From Macrostomum lignano (Eukaryota): DNA of 64,000 bases. Of this stretch, positions 40,368-53,811 are shown one piece after another. Under the pieces are notes generated by a model. The model searched no databases, had not been told where the DNA came from, and saw nothing but the letters and a program-made list of their open reading frames with translations. Both the position numbers and the translations under genes were made by a program. Position 1 is the stretch's first letter. Each line of letters starts with the position of its first letter. Location: positions 62,001-126,000 of the forward strand of contig NIVC01001780.1 in NCBI GenBank assembly GCA_002269645.1, read 5' to 3'.

Positions 40368-41094
40368 CGGTATCGAAGTATATATCTATGTATCTATCAT
40401 CATTAGCATTATTATCCTAAACACCTCAATCACTCTCTACCCAGCACAAGGTGGCCACACCCTGGAGGCGCACTGGCACAAAGGAATTGTTAATCTGCTG
40501 TCTCCAGCCTTTCCCAATCGAATCATGTCCCTGAGAAAGCCGCAGCATTTTATCGCCCTGCAGATTTCACGCTTCACCGCCAAGAAACGCCTTTGACTTT
40601 CTGTTTAGCCAAACTAAACCCGACTGAGGGTCACCGCGCACCGCGACCATCAGATGAGAACATTGAAATCGCAATTTAAATACGCATTAAGCAGAAATTC
40701 AGCATAAACCGGATTTCAACAAAGCCTTCACAGGAAACCCGAAAAGCTTCATCATCAAAGACTCGAACGAAAAAAAAACTTAAGCCGGATCCATTGAAGT
40801 TTGCTTGGTGTTTTGTTCATAAAGCAACAACCGGCTTCGCCTATTTCCAAAATAGAATTTAATAAAAACAGAAATTGTGTCTGTCATTGAAAAAATACCC
40901 GTTTAGGAAGCGTTTGAAGCCATGGCGACCCAGAGCCAGAAGCTGGAGTTGCCAATTCGTCATCTTTCACTCAAATTTTATCATAACTTGGTTTGTCACT
41001 CTGTGAGTTGGCCAGCAGGGGTTGATAAACTGGGGTCCGCGAAGCATCTCTCTTTGAAACTTTACAGTAGCAATCCTGCCTGCTCATGATTTAT

Positions 41095-42518
41095 GTCTCT
41101 TCTCAGCTCTCTGCTCTCTTCTCTCCTCTGCTCGCCTCTCTCTCCTCTTTTCTCCTCTGCTCTCCTCTCTCTCCTCTCTTCTCCTCTCTCTCCTCTCCTC
41201 TGCTCTCCTCTCCTCTGATCTCCTCTCCTCTCCTCTCCTCTGATCTCCTCTCCTCTCCTCTGATCTCCTCTCCTCTCCTCTCCTCTCATCTCCTCCCCTC
41301 TCCTCTCTTCTCCTCTCCTCTCCTCTCCTCTCCTCTCCTCTGATCTCCTCTCCTCTCCTCTCCTCTCCTCTGATCTCCTCTCCTCTCCTCTGATCTCCTC
41401 TCCTCTCCTCTCCTCTCATCTCCTCCCCTCTCCTCTCTTCTCCTCTCCTCTCCTCTCCTCTCCTCTCCTCTCCTCTGATCTCCTCTCCTCTCCTCTGATC
41501 TCCTCTCCTCTCCTCTCCTCTCATCTCCTCCCCTCTCCTCTCTTCTCCTCTCCTCTCCTCTCCTCTCCTCTCCTCTCCTCTCCTCTCCTCTCCTCTCCTC
41601 TCCTCTCCTCTCCTCTCCTCTCCTCTCCTCTCCTCTCCTCTCCTCTCCTCTCCTCTCCTCTCCTCTCATCTCCTCCCCTCTCCTCTCTTCTCCTCTCCTC
41701 TCCTCTCCTCTCCTCTCCTCTGATCTCCTCTCCTCTCCTCTGATCTCCTCTCCTCTCCTCTCCTCTCATCTCCTCCCCTCTCCTCTCTTCTCCTCTCCTC
41801 TCCTCTCCTCTCCTCTCCTCTCCTCTCCTCTCCTCTCCTCTCCTCTCCTCTCCTCTCCTCTCCTCTCCTCTCCTCTCCTCTCATCTCCTCCCCTCTCCTC
41901 TCTTCTCCTCTCCTCTCCTCTCCTCTCCTCTCCTCTCCTCTCCTCTCATCTCCTCCCCTCTCCTCTCTTCTCCTCTCCTCTCCTCTCCTCTTCTCTCCTC
42001 TGATCTCCTCTCCTCTCCTCTGATCTCCTCTCCTCTCCTCTCCTCTCATCTCCTCCCCTCTCCTCTCTTCTCCTCTCCTCTCCTCTCCTCTCCTCTCCTC
42101 TCCTCTCCTCTCCTCTCCTCTCCTCTCCTCTCATCTCCTCCCCTCTCCTCTCTTCTCCTCTCCTCTCCTCTCCTCTCCTCTCCTCTCCTCTCCTCTCATC
42201 TCCTCCCCTCTCCTCTCTTCTCCTCTCCTCTCCTCTCCTCTCCTCTCCTCTGATCTCCTCTCCTCTCCTCTCCTCTCCTCTCCTCTCCTCTCCTCTCATC
42301 TCCTCCCCTCTCCTCTCTTCTCCTCTCCTCTCCTCTCCTCTCCTCTCCTCTCCTCTCTTCTCCTCTCCTCTCCTCTCCTCTCCTCTCCTCTCCTCTCCTC
42401 TCCTCTCCTCTCTTCTCCTCTCCTTTCCTCTCCTCTCCTCTCCTCTCTTCTCCTCTGATCTCCTCTCCTCTCCTCTCATCTCCTCTCCTCTCCTCTCTTC
42501 TCCTCTCTCTCCTCTCAC
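41095..42518. repeat. (CTCCT)n pentamer polypyrimidine tract with recurring variant blocks
   Basis: Direct reading. Confidence 0.97.
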
Positions 42519-43257
42519 ATGGCGTCTTCTCTTTCTATTCTTCTCTCTTTTCTATTCTTTCTCTTTCCTCTTTCACCTGGCTGTTACAGTAAACTTAGGA
42601 TCTGGCTTTCAAATCTCCAGGTGATGAAGCCAGCCGAACAAAAACCTTATCCTCATTTTTTGTCAGTCTCTCAGACAGAAATCGTCGGCGACTTCCCTCA
42701 GCCGGTCAGGGGGCCGGGGGACCCCTGCAGCAAACACTTTTTTTAATCCACCCTCTACTCCCCCCGCCCCGCCCCCCTCCTGCGTGCTTTTATTTCTAGT
42801 GGGTCTGTAAATTCTCTGTCTGGGGCGGGGCTCCCCCCCCCCGGGGTCCCGTCTTGTCTGGTCCTGTCTGCAAAGGTAGAGCTCGCAATTCAAGTTGCCT
42901 GACTAAAGTTGGGATTTGCTTGCTGTATAGTTTATTACTGCTTCTAGGGGCAAGTTTTCTGTTGCAAAATTCTGTGTAGAGCCAAGGGGAAACATAATTT
43001 GTAGAATGAGGGCTCAAGAGCGTGTTTTTTTCTCTTCAACTCCCATTGTCCCTTTTTTCTGAAAAAAAGACAATGCTTCCGCTCGTGTCTATTATTTTGC
43101 CTCCATGCTCTGATCTTTGAGCACTGCACTGAGGCTGACTGACTGGCTCAGGCCTCTGTTTAGAGATTGTCGGTTGAGAGTAAAATAAGGGAAAGTTTGG
43201 TTTAAAAACACTGGGTGATAGAGACAATCCAAACTGGTAGGAATGACTGAGTGGAGT

Positions 43258-44340
43258 GGGAGAGAGTGGAGAGAGGAGGGGTAGACAGGAAATTGAGGTA
43301 GACAGGGGAAGGAGGGAGAGGGAGAGAGGGGAAAGAGAGGGTGAGAGGGGAAAGAGAGGGTGAGAGGAGAAGGAGAGGGAGAGAGGGGAAAGAGAGGGTG
43401 AGAGGGGAAAGAGAGGGTGAGAGGGGGAGGAGAGGGAGAGAGGGGAAAGAGAGGGTGAGAGGGGAAAGAGAGGGTGAGAGGGGGAGGAGAGGGAGAGAGG
43501 GGAAAGAGAGGGTGAGAGGGGAAGGAGAGGGAGAGAGGAGAAGGAGAGGGAGAGAGGGGAAAGAGAGGGTGAGAGGAGAAGGAGAGGGAGAGAGGGGAAA
43601 GAGAGGGTGAGAGGGGAAAGAGAGGGTGAGAGGGGGAGGAGAGGGAGAGAGGGGAAAGAGAGGGAGAGAGGGGAAAGAGAGGGAGAGAGGAGAAGGAGAG
43701 GGAGAGTGGGGAAGGAGGGAGAGAGGGGAAGGAGGGGAGAGAGGGGAAGGAGGGAGAGAGGGGGAGGAGAGGAAGAGAGGAGAGAGGGGGAGGAGAGGAG
43801 AGAGGGGAAGGAGAGGGAGAGAGGGGAAGGAGGGAGAGAGGGGGAGGAGAGGGAGAGAGGGGAAGGAGGGAGAGAGGGGAAGGAGGGAGAGAGGGGGAGT
43901 AGAGGAGAGAGGGGGAGGAGAGGAGAGAGGGGGAGGAGAGGGAGAGAGGGGAAGGAGGGAGAGAGGGGAAGGAGGGGAGAGAGGGGAAGGAGGGAGAGAG
44001 GGGGAGGAGAGGAAGAGAGGAGTGAGGGGGAGGAGAGGAGAGAGGGGAAGGAGAGGGAGAGAGGGGAAGGAGGGAGAGAGGGGGAGGAGAGGGAGAGAGG
44101 GGAAGGAGGGAGAGAGGGGAAGGAGAGGGAGAGAGGGGAAGGAGGGAGAGAGGGGGAGTAGAGGAGAGAGGGGGAGGAGAGGAGAGAGGGGGAGGAGAGG
44201 GAGAGAGGGGAAGGAGAGGAAGAGAGGGGAAGGAGGGAGAGAGGGGGAGTAGAGGAGAGAGGGGGAGGAGAGGAGAGAGTGGAAGGAGAGGGAGAGAGGA
44301 GAAGGAGAGGGAGAGAGGGGGAGGAGAGGAAAGAGGTTAA
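43258..44340. repeat. GA-rich polypurine low-complexity tandem tract
   Basis: Nearly pure G/A with recurring gagggagagagggga(a/g) units. Confidence 0.95.
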
Positions 44341-44916
44341 TGAGAGATAGAGATGAGCGAGAACTAATAGGGAAAGTTTTCCATAGCACAAGATATATGA
44401 ATATGAATGCGCAAAGCTACAATCGGAGGTCAGTGAAGGTGCCACCAGGAATTGCTCTCAGTAATTGCTAACTATTCCGGAAGCGACCAGTCCACATACC
44501 TGGCAACTTTATAAAGCTTTGAACTTTCCTGTAGCTCACATTTATTATTGGCCTTTGCCACAGCAACTGTTCAAAAAATAGTCATTTCTATCTTTATAAT
44601 TTCTTTTTCTTGCAAGGAAGCCCAATTAGTGCGGCAAGGACCAAGGAGTGCGGAGTGTTCCAGGAATGCTGGGCCACCAAAGCTGGCCTTCATTTTTTGC
44701 CCTTCACTTTCACCACCACCCTGTTCAGGAGGGTTGTGGCGAGATCGTTTCCACAACCAGAGTGCTCAAAAAAGTCACCCTGTGCGATCGCGTGTGTATG
44801 AGTGGATTGATAGACGAAAAGCCTTCAAGATTTTAATTGGAGATGCCAAAATCCAGAGGCAGAGCTCTCGTCTTCTTGAGCTGAGCTGATTTGATATCGT
44901 CAGGATCGTGAGGATT

Positions 44917-45530
44917 AGATGTCGTTGAGATGGGTCAACTGACCTATTAGATGTCGTTGAGATGGGTCAACTGACCTATTAGATGTCGTTGAGATGGGTC
45001 AACTGACCTATTAGATGTCGTTGAGATGGGTCAACTGACCTATTAGATGTCGTTGAGATGGGTCAACTGACCTATTAGATGTCGTTGAGATGGGTCAACT
45101 GACCTATTGGATGTCGTTGAGATGGGTCAACTGATCTATTAGATGTCGTTGAGATGGGTGAACTGACCTATTAGGCATTTTTAGAATGGGTCAACTGACC
45201 TATTAGACATTTTTAGGCATGAGTCAACTGACCTATTAGACATTTTTTATAATGAGTCAACTGACCTATTAGACATTCTTAGAATGAGTCAACTGACCTA
45301 TTAGACATTTTTAGGCATGAGTCAACTGACCTATTAGACATTTTTTATAATGAGTCAACTGACCTATTAGACATTCTTAGAATGAGTCAACTGACCTATT
45401 AGACATTTTTAGAATGAGTCAACTGACCTATTAGACATTCTTAGAATGAGTCAACTGACTTATTATACGATTTTAGGATGAGTCAACTGACCTATCAGAC
45501 ATTGGATCAGGATGGGTCAACTGAATCGTG
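44917..45530. repeat. 32-bp minisatellite with GGTCAACTGACC core
   Basis: Unit tagatgtcgttgagatgggtcaactgacctat; period 32 (44941 to 44973). Confidence 0.96.
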
Positions 45531-46396
45531 ACTCACTCACAAGAAAGATTAATTTAATTTCCCTATTGAGTACATTACTAATGTTTTAAACACTGACACA
45601 TGTGTAAAATCGCTTAAAACATTGAGCACATTAATCCTAAACGGCTCCTCATTGTAGCCAAAGTCAGTTAGTTGGCCGACAGACAAAAGAGGATAATTAA
45701 CTAACTGCCCACGCGCCGCCAGGGCCCAAGCATTATTTGGAGCAATTATTTTTTATTTGATTTTTACAGCGCAGCCCGAGCTGATAGGGTCGTAAATTTA
45801 TGGTGTACAACATGAGTGCAACCTTGACCACAGTCAAGCACTGTGACACATGCGTATATTAATGTTACTAAAATGGCCTGATAGCTAGCAGTTTCAAAGC
45901 TGGGCCCCAATTTTTATTAACCTCAATAAACTGACTGTGGCTGACACCGGGGCTTCCTGTCTGCCTCGTCTGCTTCCTCTCCTGGAGGCAGGGAAACCGG
46001 CATCTGCCCTTCCCTCCCCATCTGCCTCTGGAAGAAGAGAGAGTGCCAATTCCCAGCGTTCCCCCCCTCGTTTCCGAAACTGACACCGAATCGGTTAAAA
46101 TCTCGTTTTCTAAGAAACGGATCCTGATTGCATGTCGCCGCCTGAAATGCATTTTTAGATATCTTCGTTGATGTGCCTGCCAATAAGGTGGTTTGTTATC
46201 AAATGATCTTGCAGGCTATTTGGCAGAATACTGTGACTATTAAGTGCTGTAATTGAATTCTTTCTAGCTTTGAATTGTTGCCATCGATTTCTGGTAAACC
46301 GAATTTTGCTGAGCCACTTGACCCTGCTCTTGCTGGCATGCTGAGATACATGCTCTGCTGGCTGAGATGCGGAATGAACTGGGTTTGTGCACCCCA

Positions 46397-47290
46397 TCCA
46401 TCTCCCTCTCCATCTCCATCTCCCTCTCCCTCTCCCTCTCCCTCTCCATCTCCATCTCCATCTCCATTTCCCTCTCCATTTCCCTCTCCATCTCCCTCTC
46501 CCTCTTCCTCTCCATCTCCTTCTCCATCTCCCTCTCCCTCTCCCTCTCCCTCTCCCTCTCCATCTCCATCTCCATCTCCATCTCCATCTCCCTCTCCCTC
46601 TCCTCTACCTCTCCATCTCCCTCTCCCTCTCCCTCTCCTTCTCCTCTCCCTCTCCTTCTCCCTCTCCCTCTCCTTCTCCCTCTCCTCTCCTTCTCCTCTC
46701 CCTCTCCTCTCCCTCTCCCTCTCCCTCTCCCTCCCCTCTCCTTCTCCCTCTCCCCTCTCCCTCTCCCTCTCCCTTTCAACCCCTCTCTCCCTCTCTATCT
46801 CCATCTCCCTCTCCCTCTCCCTCTCCCTCTCCTTCTCCCTCTCCCTCTCCCTCTCCATCTCCCACTCCCTCTCCCTCTCCCTTTCCACTCCTCTCTCCCT
46901 CTCCATCTCCCTTTCCACCCCCTCTCTCCCTCTCTATCTCCATCTCCCTTTCCACCCCCTCTCTCCATCTCCCTCTCCCTCTCCCTCTCCCTCTCCCTCT
47001 CCATCTCCCTCTCCCTCTCCCTCTCCCTCTCCCTCTCCATCTCCTCTCTCCCTCTCCTCTCCCTCTCCTCTCCCTCTCCCTCTCCCTCTCCCTCTCCCTC
47101 TCCTCTCCTCTCCCTCTCCCTCTCCCTCTCCCTCTCCCTCTCCCTCTCCCTCTCCCTCTCCCTCTCCCTCTCCCTCTCCCTCTCCCTCTCCCTCTCCCTC
47201 TCCCTCTCCCTCTCCCTCTCCCTCTCCCTCTCTCCCTCTCCCTCTCCCTTTCCCTCTCCACCCCTCTCTCTACCTCTCCATCACTATTTT
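46397..47290. repeat. (CTCCCT/CTCCAT)n hexamer tract
   Basis: Direct reading. Confidence 0.96.
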
Positions 47291-47929
47291 CCTTTTCATC
47301 CCCTGTCTCTCTTCCTCTCCCTCTCCGCCGTCCCTATCTCTTACATCTAATTCTATTCTTTTCAAAAGGAGAACTTTTCCTTCCCCTCCTCCTAACTTCA
47401 CTGCTCCGCCGTCAAAGTCTTCCCAAGAAACCATTTTCCTCGTGACCTACTCAAATCGCTCGCTCACTCAACCAAAAAACCCCTCATATTTCTCATTTTC
47501 CAAATGTCACAAGCAGAAAAGAATCCTATGAAAGGAATACCAGGATCGCCTCTCTATTGCGTTTGCAAACTTTTATCCTATCGAACTCTGTCTCATCTCA
47601 ATCCCTTCTCATTTCCTATCTACTTCCCAGCTATAGTACTGCCCTCGAACTTAATTTTGACCCTCTATACCTAAGCCAGGGGTTAGGGAGGTCCACCATA
47701 CTTGGAGAAAGAATTTCTCGTTCGAACGGAACTCCTTCGGCTGGCACAAAATCAATTTGGGTTCGAGTTTTTCAGCTCAAGCTCAGATTTAGTCATGGCT
47801 TGCTTTCTTGGAGCCCGAGCTAGACAGCCGCAGAACCCTAATTTAAGCCCATTCAACTGCGTTTCATTCAACTCCTCAGTCAAATCGTAATCTGCACTTT
47901 TGCATTGATCCGCTACCGGTAGACTCTGA

Positions 47930-49145
47930 GAATGGGTCACCTGACCCACTAGATCTTCATCATGGGTCACCTGACCCACTAGATCTTCATCATGGGTCAA
48001 CTGACCCACTAGATCTTCATCATGGGTCAACTGACCCACTAGATCTTCATCATGGGTCAACTGACTCACTAGATTCCAGAATAGGTCAACTGACCCACTA
48101 AATCTTCAGAATGAATCAACTGACCCACTAGATCTTCAGAATGAATCAACTGACCCACTAGATCTTCGGAACGGGTCAACTGACCCACTAGATTCCAGAA
48201 TGGGTCAACTGACCCACTAAATCTTCAGAATAAGTCAACTGACCTACTAAATCTTCAGAATGAATCAACTGACCCACTAGATCTTTAAAATGGGTCACCT
48301 GTCCCACTAAATCTTCATCATGGGTCAACTGACCTACTAGATCCCAGAATGGGTCAACTGACCTACTAGATCTTTTGAATAGGTCAACTTATCCACTATA
48401 TTTTCAGATTGGGTCAACTGACCCACTAACTCTTCATAATGAGTCAACTAACCTACTAGATCCCAGTGTTGTGTCGCAAATGACTAAGAAAAGTTCATTC
48501 TGTGAGTTTTAGAACGAGGCGAGATAAATTCTTTATTTCAAAGAGCGATAGTCAATAGCAAAATATTATATAGCGATCAGGAGAGAGTGGTGGAAGGTGA
48601 CAATATTTGGGGTGGTGGGCAAGGCGCACACAGGTAGACAGAGTGTACTAGAGAAAATGAGTATGTACTTGCAGAGGAATAAAATAAGTAAGAACAGAAA
48701 ATATAATAAACAAGTTGCGATGCAAAATAAGTCAGTCAGCTCAAATCCACATAAGTTCATCGAGTCATTCAAATAAGTTAAAGTCAAACGCCGCCTCACC
48801 CAGAATGGATCAATTAACCCACTAGATCTTTAGAATGAGTCAACTGACCCACTAGATCTTCAGAATGGGTCAATTGACCTAGTAGATCCCATAATGGGTC
48901 AACTGACCCAACAGATCTTCAACTGACCTACTAGATCTTTTGAATGGGTCAACTTACCCCCTAGATCTTCATTATGGGTCAACTGACCCACTAAATCTTT
49001 CGAATGAGTCAACTGACCTACTAAATCTTCAGAGTGGGTCAATTGACTCACTAGATCTTTAGAATGAGTCAACTGACCTACTAAATCTTCAGAGTGGGTC
49101 AATTGACCCACTAGATCTTCAGAATGAGTCAATGACCCAATAAAT
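47930..49145. repeat. 30-bp minisatellite with GGGTCAACTGACCC core, interrupted by a solo LTR
   Basis: Unit atgggtcaactgacccactagatcttcatc on both sides of 48467-48798. Confidence 0.95.
48467..48798 (-). mobile_element. Solo LTR (332 bp) inserted into the minisatellite
   Basis: TG...CA termini; 5-bp TSD CCCAG at 48462-48466 and 48799-48803; the empty-site sequence agatcccagaatgg occurs in another unit (~48340); on the minus strand TATATAA (~48572-48566) lies about 35 bp upstream of AATAAA (~48537-48532). Confidence 0.85.
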
Positions 49146-49511
49146 AGCGAAGGAACCGAGAACAAACTCTGATTTTATGAATTTTACAACCAGACGAATC
49201 GATTATTTTAGACCAACAATACAGTCAGCCATTCTCAAAGTTAAACCAGTCAGTGAAATGAGTCATCCTGTCAATATTCGTGAATTGCGTGCCAATTTTG
49301 CCTTGCTATAACAAAACTTTTTCTTCGCTCGACTTGTCAAGTCAGAAATTAATTGGCCGAAAAATTCTTTTACCAATTAATGTAAATTTGTGGAGGCTTT
49401 GTGTAAAATTTTGAAAATTAAACAGCGGCAAAAAGCAGCTGGTTGTCACGGCTGGTTGGCGAAAATGTTTTTCTAATTTCTACTGGTGAATATAGATTTG
49501 AGACCAAGATT

Positions 49512-49790
49512 AGGCTATGAGAAACGCATGAGAATTTCAGAGCTATGAGAAATGCATGAGAAATACAGAGCCATGAGAAATGCATGAGAAATACAGAGCC
49601 ATGAGAAATGCATGAAAAATACACAGCTATGAGAAATTCATGAGAAATACAGAGCTATGAGAAATGCATGAGAAATACTGAGCTATGAGAAATGCATGAG
49701 AATTTCAGAGCTATGAGAAATGCATGAGAAATACAGAGCTATGAGAAATGCATGATAAATACACAGGCATGAGAAATGCATGAGAATCAA
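49512..49790. repeat. 28-bp array (agctatgagaaatgcatgagaaatacag)
   Basis: Period 28 (49561 to 49589). Confidence 0.95.
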
Positions 49791-49859
49791 ATGATTTTGT
49801 CTCTAATAGATAGAAAGATACTGAGCAAAATATCTCAGATTAGCATCTCGGAACCCGCG

Positions 49860-49873
49860 GTTGCCATGGTGAC
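49860..49873. promoter_or_regulatory. RFX X-box-like site GTTGCCATGGTGAC in a CpG-rich patch
   Basis: The reverse complement GTCACCATGGCAAC fits the X-box consensus RTHNYYWTRRNRAC. Confidence 0.4.
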
Positions 49874-50698
49874 AGAACCCCGCGCATCCACGCCATGCTC
49901 GATAATGAATGCTAGCCGTGCTCATCAGTCTGAGGCTCGGGATTCGAGTCGCTAATCACCTGGGGAGAAAATCAGCAAGGCGGGCGCGCGGACCTCCCCC
50001 TCCGCGTGCTCGCCTCCCGAAATCCCCAGATGAATTTGCCGCTCCGTTTTTTGAAAAATTAATCAACTCTTGGCCTCCGCGGTGGGGAAGAGACTGAAGG
50101 CAGCCGAGGGGATTAAGGAATTAAACTAGCAATTAGTAATTGTGATTTTGTCTACAGATTACACAACTATTCAATTTTTGGTTATTAATTTCAAAGGCCG
50201 CATATCAACTAAACTAAAATTAATATTTCATTATTACAATTACTGGGGTTTTCCCTGGTAAAGGCCAAAAAATTCCTATGGAGTGACAATTCCCCATGGT
50301 CGTATAGCTGAAAGGGGACAGGGGGGGGGGGAGCAGATATTCTGAAACAAGAAAACTTACTTTAAAGGCTACAGGAGGGTCCGGGTCTGGAGGATGCGGC
50401 CTTGGCTCGCTTATTGGCAAAACACTTTCATGCCTTCAGCGCGGGGGACCCGAAATGCCCCCCACCATGACTTGACTTGATGGGAATCTGCGGTGCGCCA
50501 TCCATCTGCTGCTGCCGTCACTGCACTTGTGGCCTTCGGCCGCTCTGTTTAGCCCGCTTTAAGAAGCAGAAAAAAGAGCAAGACTGATGAGGCATAGTGA
50601 AGATTACCTGGGAAGTTAATTAGGAAGCTGAATGCTTTTGTGTCAACTGCCGCGCTGTCGGGAGGGGATTGAGTCTCGACTACTATCCTGAAAAATAA

Positions 50699-50854
<156 letters not shown>

Positions 50855-51564
50855 CTCTGAGGTGGGTCTCCACGAGATTATACATTTAGTCCGCCAAGCT
50901 CCCGCAAATTCCAAATAATGGAATTTCACAGCCCCAAGCAGGAAGAGCCAGGATTGCAAGCAGCAGCCAGAATGCGCATTCGAAGCCCCCTGGGGGCAGG
51001 TGACAGATCAAGATTGGTTGCGAAGTGGCACCCTGGGGTGACGGGCAAACAGCTGCCCCCATTGTGAGGCGGGGAGGCCGCCACACCCACCGCCCTCACT
51101 TGAGCTGCTCAGCTCTCAGGCAGAATTCAATTATGACCACTGCTCACCTTTATCTACTCGGCTCTTCACTTTACAATTTAAGTCCCTAATCACTCTGCAA
51201 CTATTCCCCCCTAAAGGCTTGTTTTATAGTTGCTAAGCTGTTGATAATAATTTTGCCACTTTTAATGTGTTGAGTTCTGACGCATTTTTACACTTTTATT
51301 ATATGGCTTATACTTAGCCGGCAGATGCAAAAGTGATAATGGGCCAGACCTCTGATTTATCTATCTATCTATGTATGTATCTTGTATCTTGTATCTGGTA
51401 TCTTGATGGATGTCAGAGTAGATTTATTTGATAATCATCTGTCTAAAAATGACAACTCTCACTAAGGACTTGGTTATTTTTTAATCTCGAATATAAATTG
51501 TAGTACACATTTAAGGACCTCTTGTGTCTTTGAATTGGGGCCATTTAACCAAAAACAATTTGGT

Positions 51565-51950
51565 CAGATTTAGCGCCACTAGGTCAGGTTTGGCGCCACT
51601 GGGTCAGATTTGGCGCCACTATGTCAGATTTGGTGCCACTGGGTCAGATTTGGCGCCACTATGTCAGATTTGGCGTCACTGGGTCAGATTTTGGCGACAC
51701 TAGGTCAGATTTGGCGCCACTAGGTCAGATTTGGCACTACTCAGAGTCAGATTTGGCGCCACTAGGTCAGATTTAGCGCCACTAGGTCAGATTTGACGTC
51801 ACTAGGTCAGATTTGACGTCACTAGGTCAGATTTGACGTCACTAGGTCAGATTTGACGTCACTAGGTCAGATTTGGCACTACTCAGAGTCAGATTTGGCG
51901 CCACTAGGTCAGATTTGGCACTACTCAGAGTCAGATTCGGCGCCATAAAG
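51565..51950. repeat. 20-bp GGCGCC-core minisatellite (ggtcagatttggcgccacta) including four TGACGTCA variant units
   Basis: Direct reading. Confidence 0.96.
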
Positions 51951-52175
51951 TAAAATTTCGAAGCCATTGAAATAGTTTAGTCGCCGTTAAACCGGCGCCA
52001 CTAAATCAATTTGTATAAGCATTGGATTCGACTCAAATCTGATGCAGCAATCGATAGGAGAGAGATATTAAAACTGCTCACTTTGCGGCCAATACAGCTA
52101 GCCAGTTCATCCAGTTAACTTTCTCTTCATATCTTTGAGTCAGAGAGATTTCCAGTTTAATGCGGCCGCCAGCGC

Positions 52176-52371
52176 TATATAAGGGGGAAGATGGGGTCAT
52201 AAAAATCTGAGCTGTAGCGCTAGAAAAATATCCCTTCGAGGGTGATGGTGAGGTGTGTGGGGATGGTGTGGGGATTCCACAGTTTATGACCCCCATCTCC
52301 AGCGCCACACGCAACGGCCTTTTTCGACCCCCCCCCAAGGCGGCCGGCCAACCCATCCGTCCGTGCAGAGG
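52176..52371 (+). promoter_or_regulatory. Candidate protocadherin TATA promoter and non-coding first exon
   Basis: TATATAAG at 52176-52183; donor GG|GTGAGT at 52372; pyrimidine-rich acceptor ttttttctctttAG at 53766 just before the coding exon. Confidence 0.35.
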
Positions 52372-53811
52372 GTGAGTAAGGAAGGAACTGCAGCCATAAG
52401 ACGGGGGGTCACTTCCCGTTTCCCCTAAAAAGAAGAAAAGCCGGCCGCAGATAAAAGCAGAAAAGAGCTTCCTAGGGATTGTTCAAAATAAGTTTTCTAA
52501 GATTAAAACCAACTTCATTAATATAGGGACAATAATTATGAGAAGCTCTGATGCGTCTACTGAGAAAAAAAATTATTAGGACCATCAGGCGGCCATCTTT
52601 GCGAATGACTAACTGAAAAGAATAATTTTGAGCTCAGTGGTGACTCATCGATGCGATGAAAATATTGGCGATGGGTGAAAAAAAGTGATTATTTTTTTTG
52701 TCGGCCCACCTGTTATAAAAATGTTTGAATTACCTGTAAATTGAATATACATTTTTATTCGATTAATAAATAAATAATACGCGTATTGTCCACCGATCGA
52801 TACATTGTTGCAATTATCATTGTTGCTTTCCAATGATCAGTAGATAATCATTTTAACTGCTGGCCTATGAGCACAGGCAGCACAAGCTGAAACGGCGGCT
52901 GCCACCAGATTAATGTATGAATATTTTATCCTTTCAGGGTCATCACGCTTGTAGCGGCTTGTGTTTGGGAATTGGGGAGTTGAGTTGCGTGATGAGGTGC
53001 AGAGGAATCTGTAAGGGGGGGGCGGCTTCTCAAATCCGCTATAAACCCGCGCGTTCACACACCAAACGTGCACTTGTGAGCTATAGGAACTGCGAACTAA
53101 AGGCTCTGCTTCAGATCTCCCAGATATCACGCCATCCTCTTGTACTTAATCTGTATTGCTTGAGCCTGAGTCAATACTTAACTGCTCACAAATTGTACCA
53201 ACACAAAAATCTTGAGTACAAGTTGTTCCACTACAGAAAGGAGAGAATAGCAGTCGTCTCGAACACTTTATGTTTATCTTGTAGGCCCTGCAATTCTTTC
53301 CTGACTCTTCCAGGGTAACAAAAGTTCATTTTTCCCTGTTCGAGAACTATGGAATGATGAATATTTTAAAAGCATTGTCATGGATACCCCCATCCCTGCC
53401 TCCCCGTCTGACTGTCGCCTGTCTTTAAAAAAAAGAGAAAACTTCTCCAAAAAAAGAAAAAGTCGCCAGAAAAAAACTTGAATGAATGTAGCAGACAGAC
53501 AACAGCAACGCTCTCAAGCGCCGAGAGACAGAGAGATTAAGTCTGACTGCTTCTCCGCCATTGGCTCCAAGGCCTGGTCCAATGAGAGGGTCCTCAAGCA
53601 AAGCTGGCACAAGCAGGGACTAATGGTGGGAGGCCCAACCAACCCGCGAAGGAGGCGAACTGTGGAAATCCTTTCCAGAAGAAATAGCCAAGCGACACAC
53701 AAAAAGCTTCGTTTGTAGTCTGCCGCCCCTTATGAGTGTCCCGACTTTCTGCTTTTTTCTCTTTAGTTAAGATGTTTGAAAATTGCTAGCAGATTTTACT
53801 CCTCACAAAGC

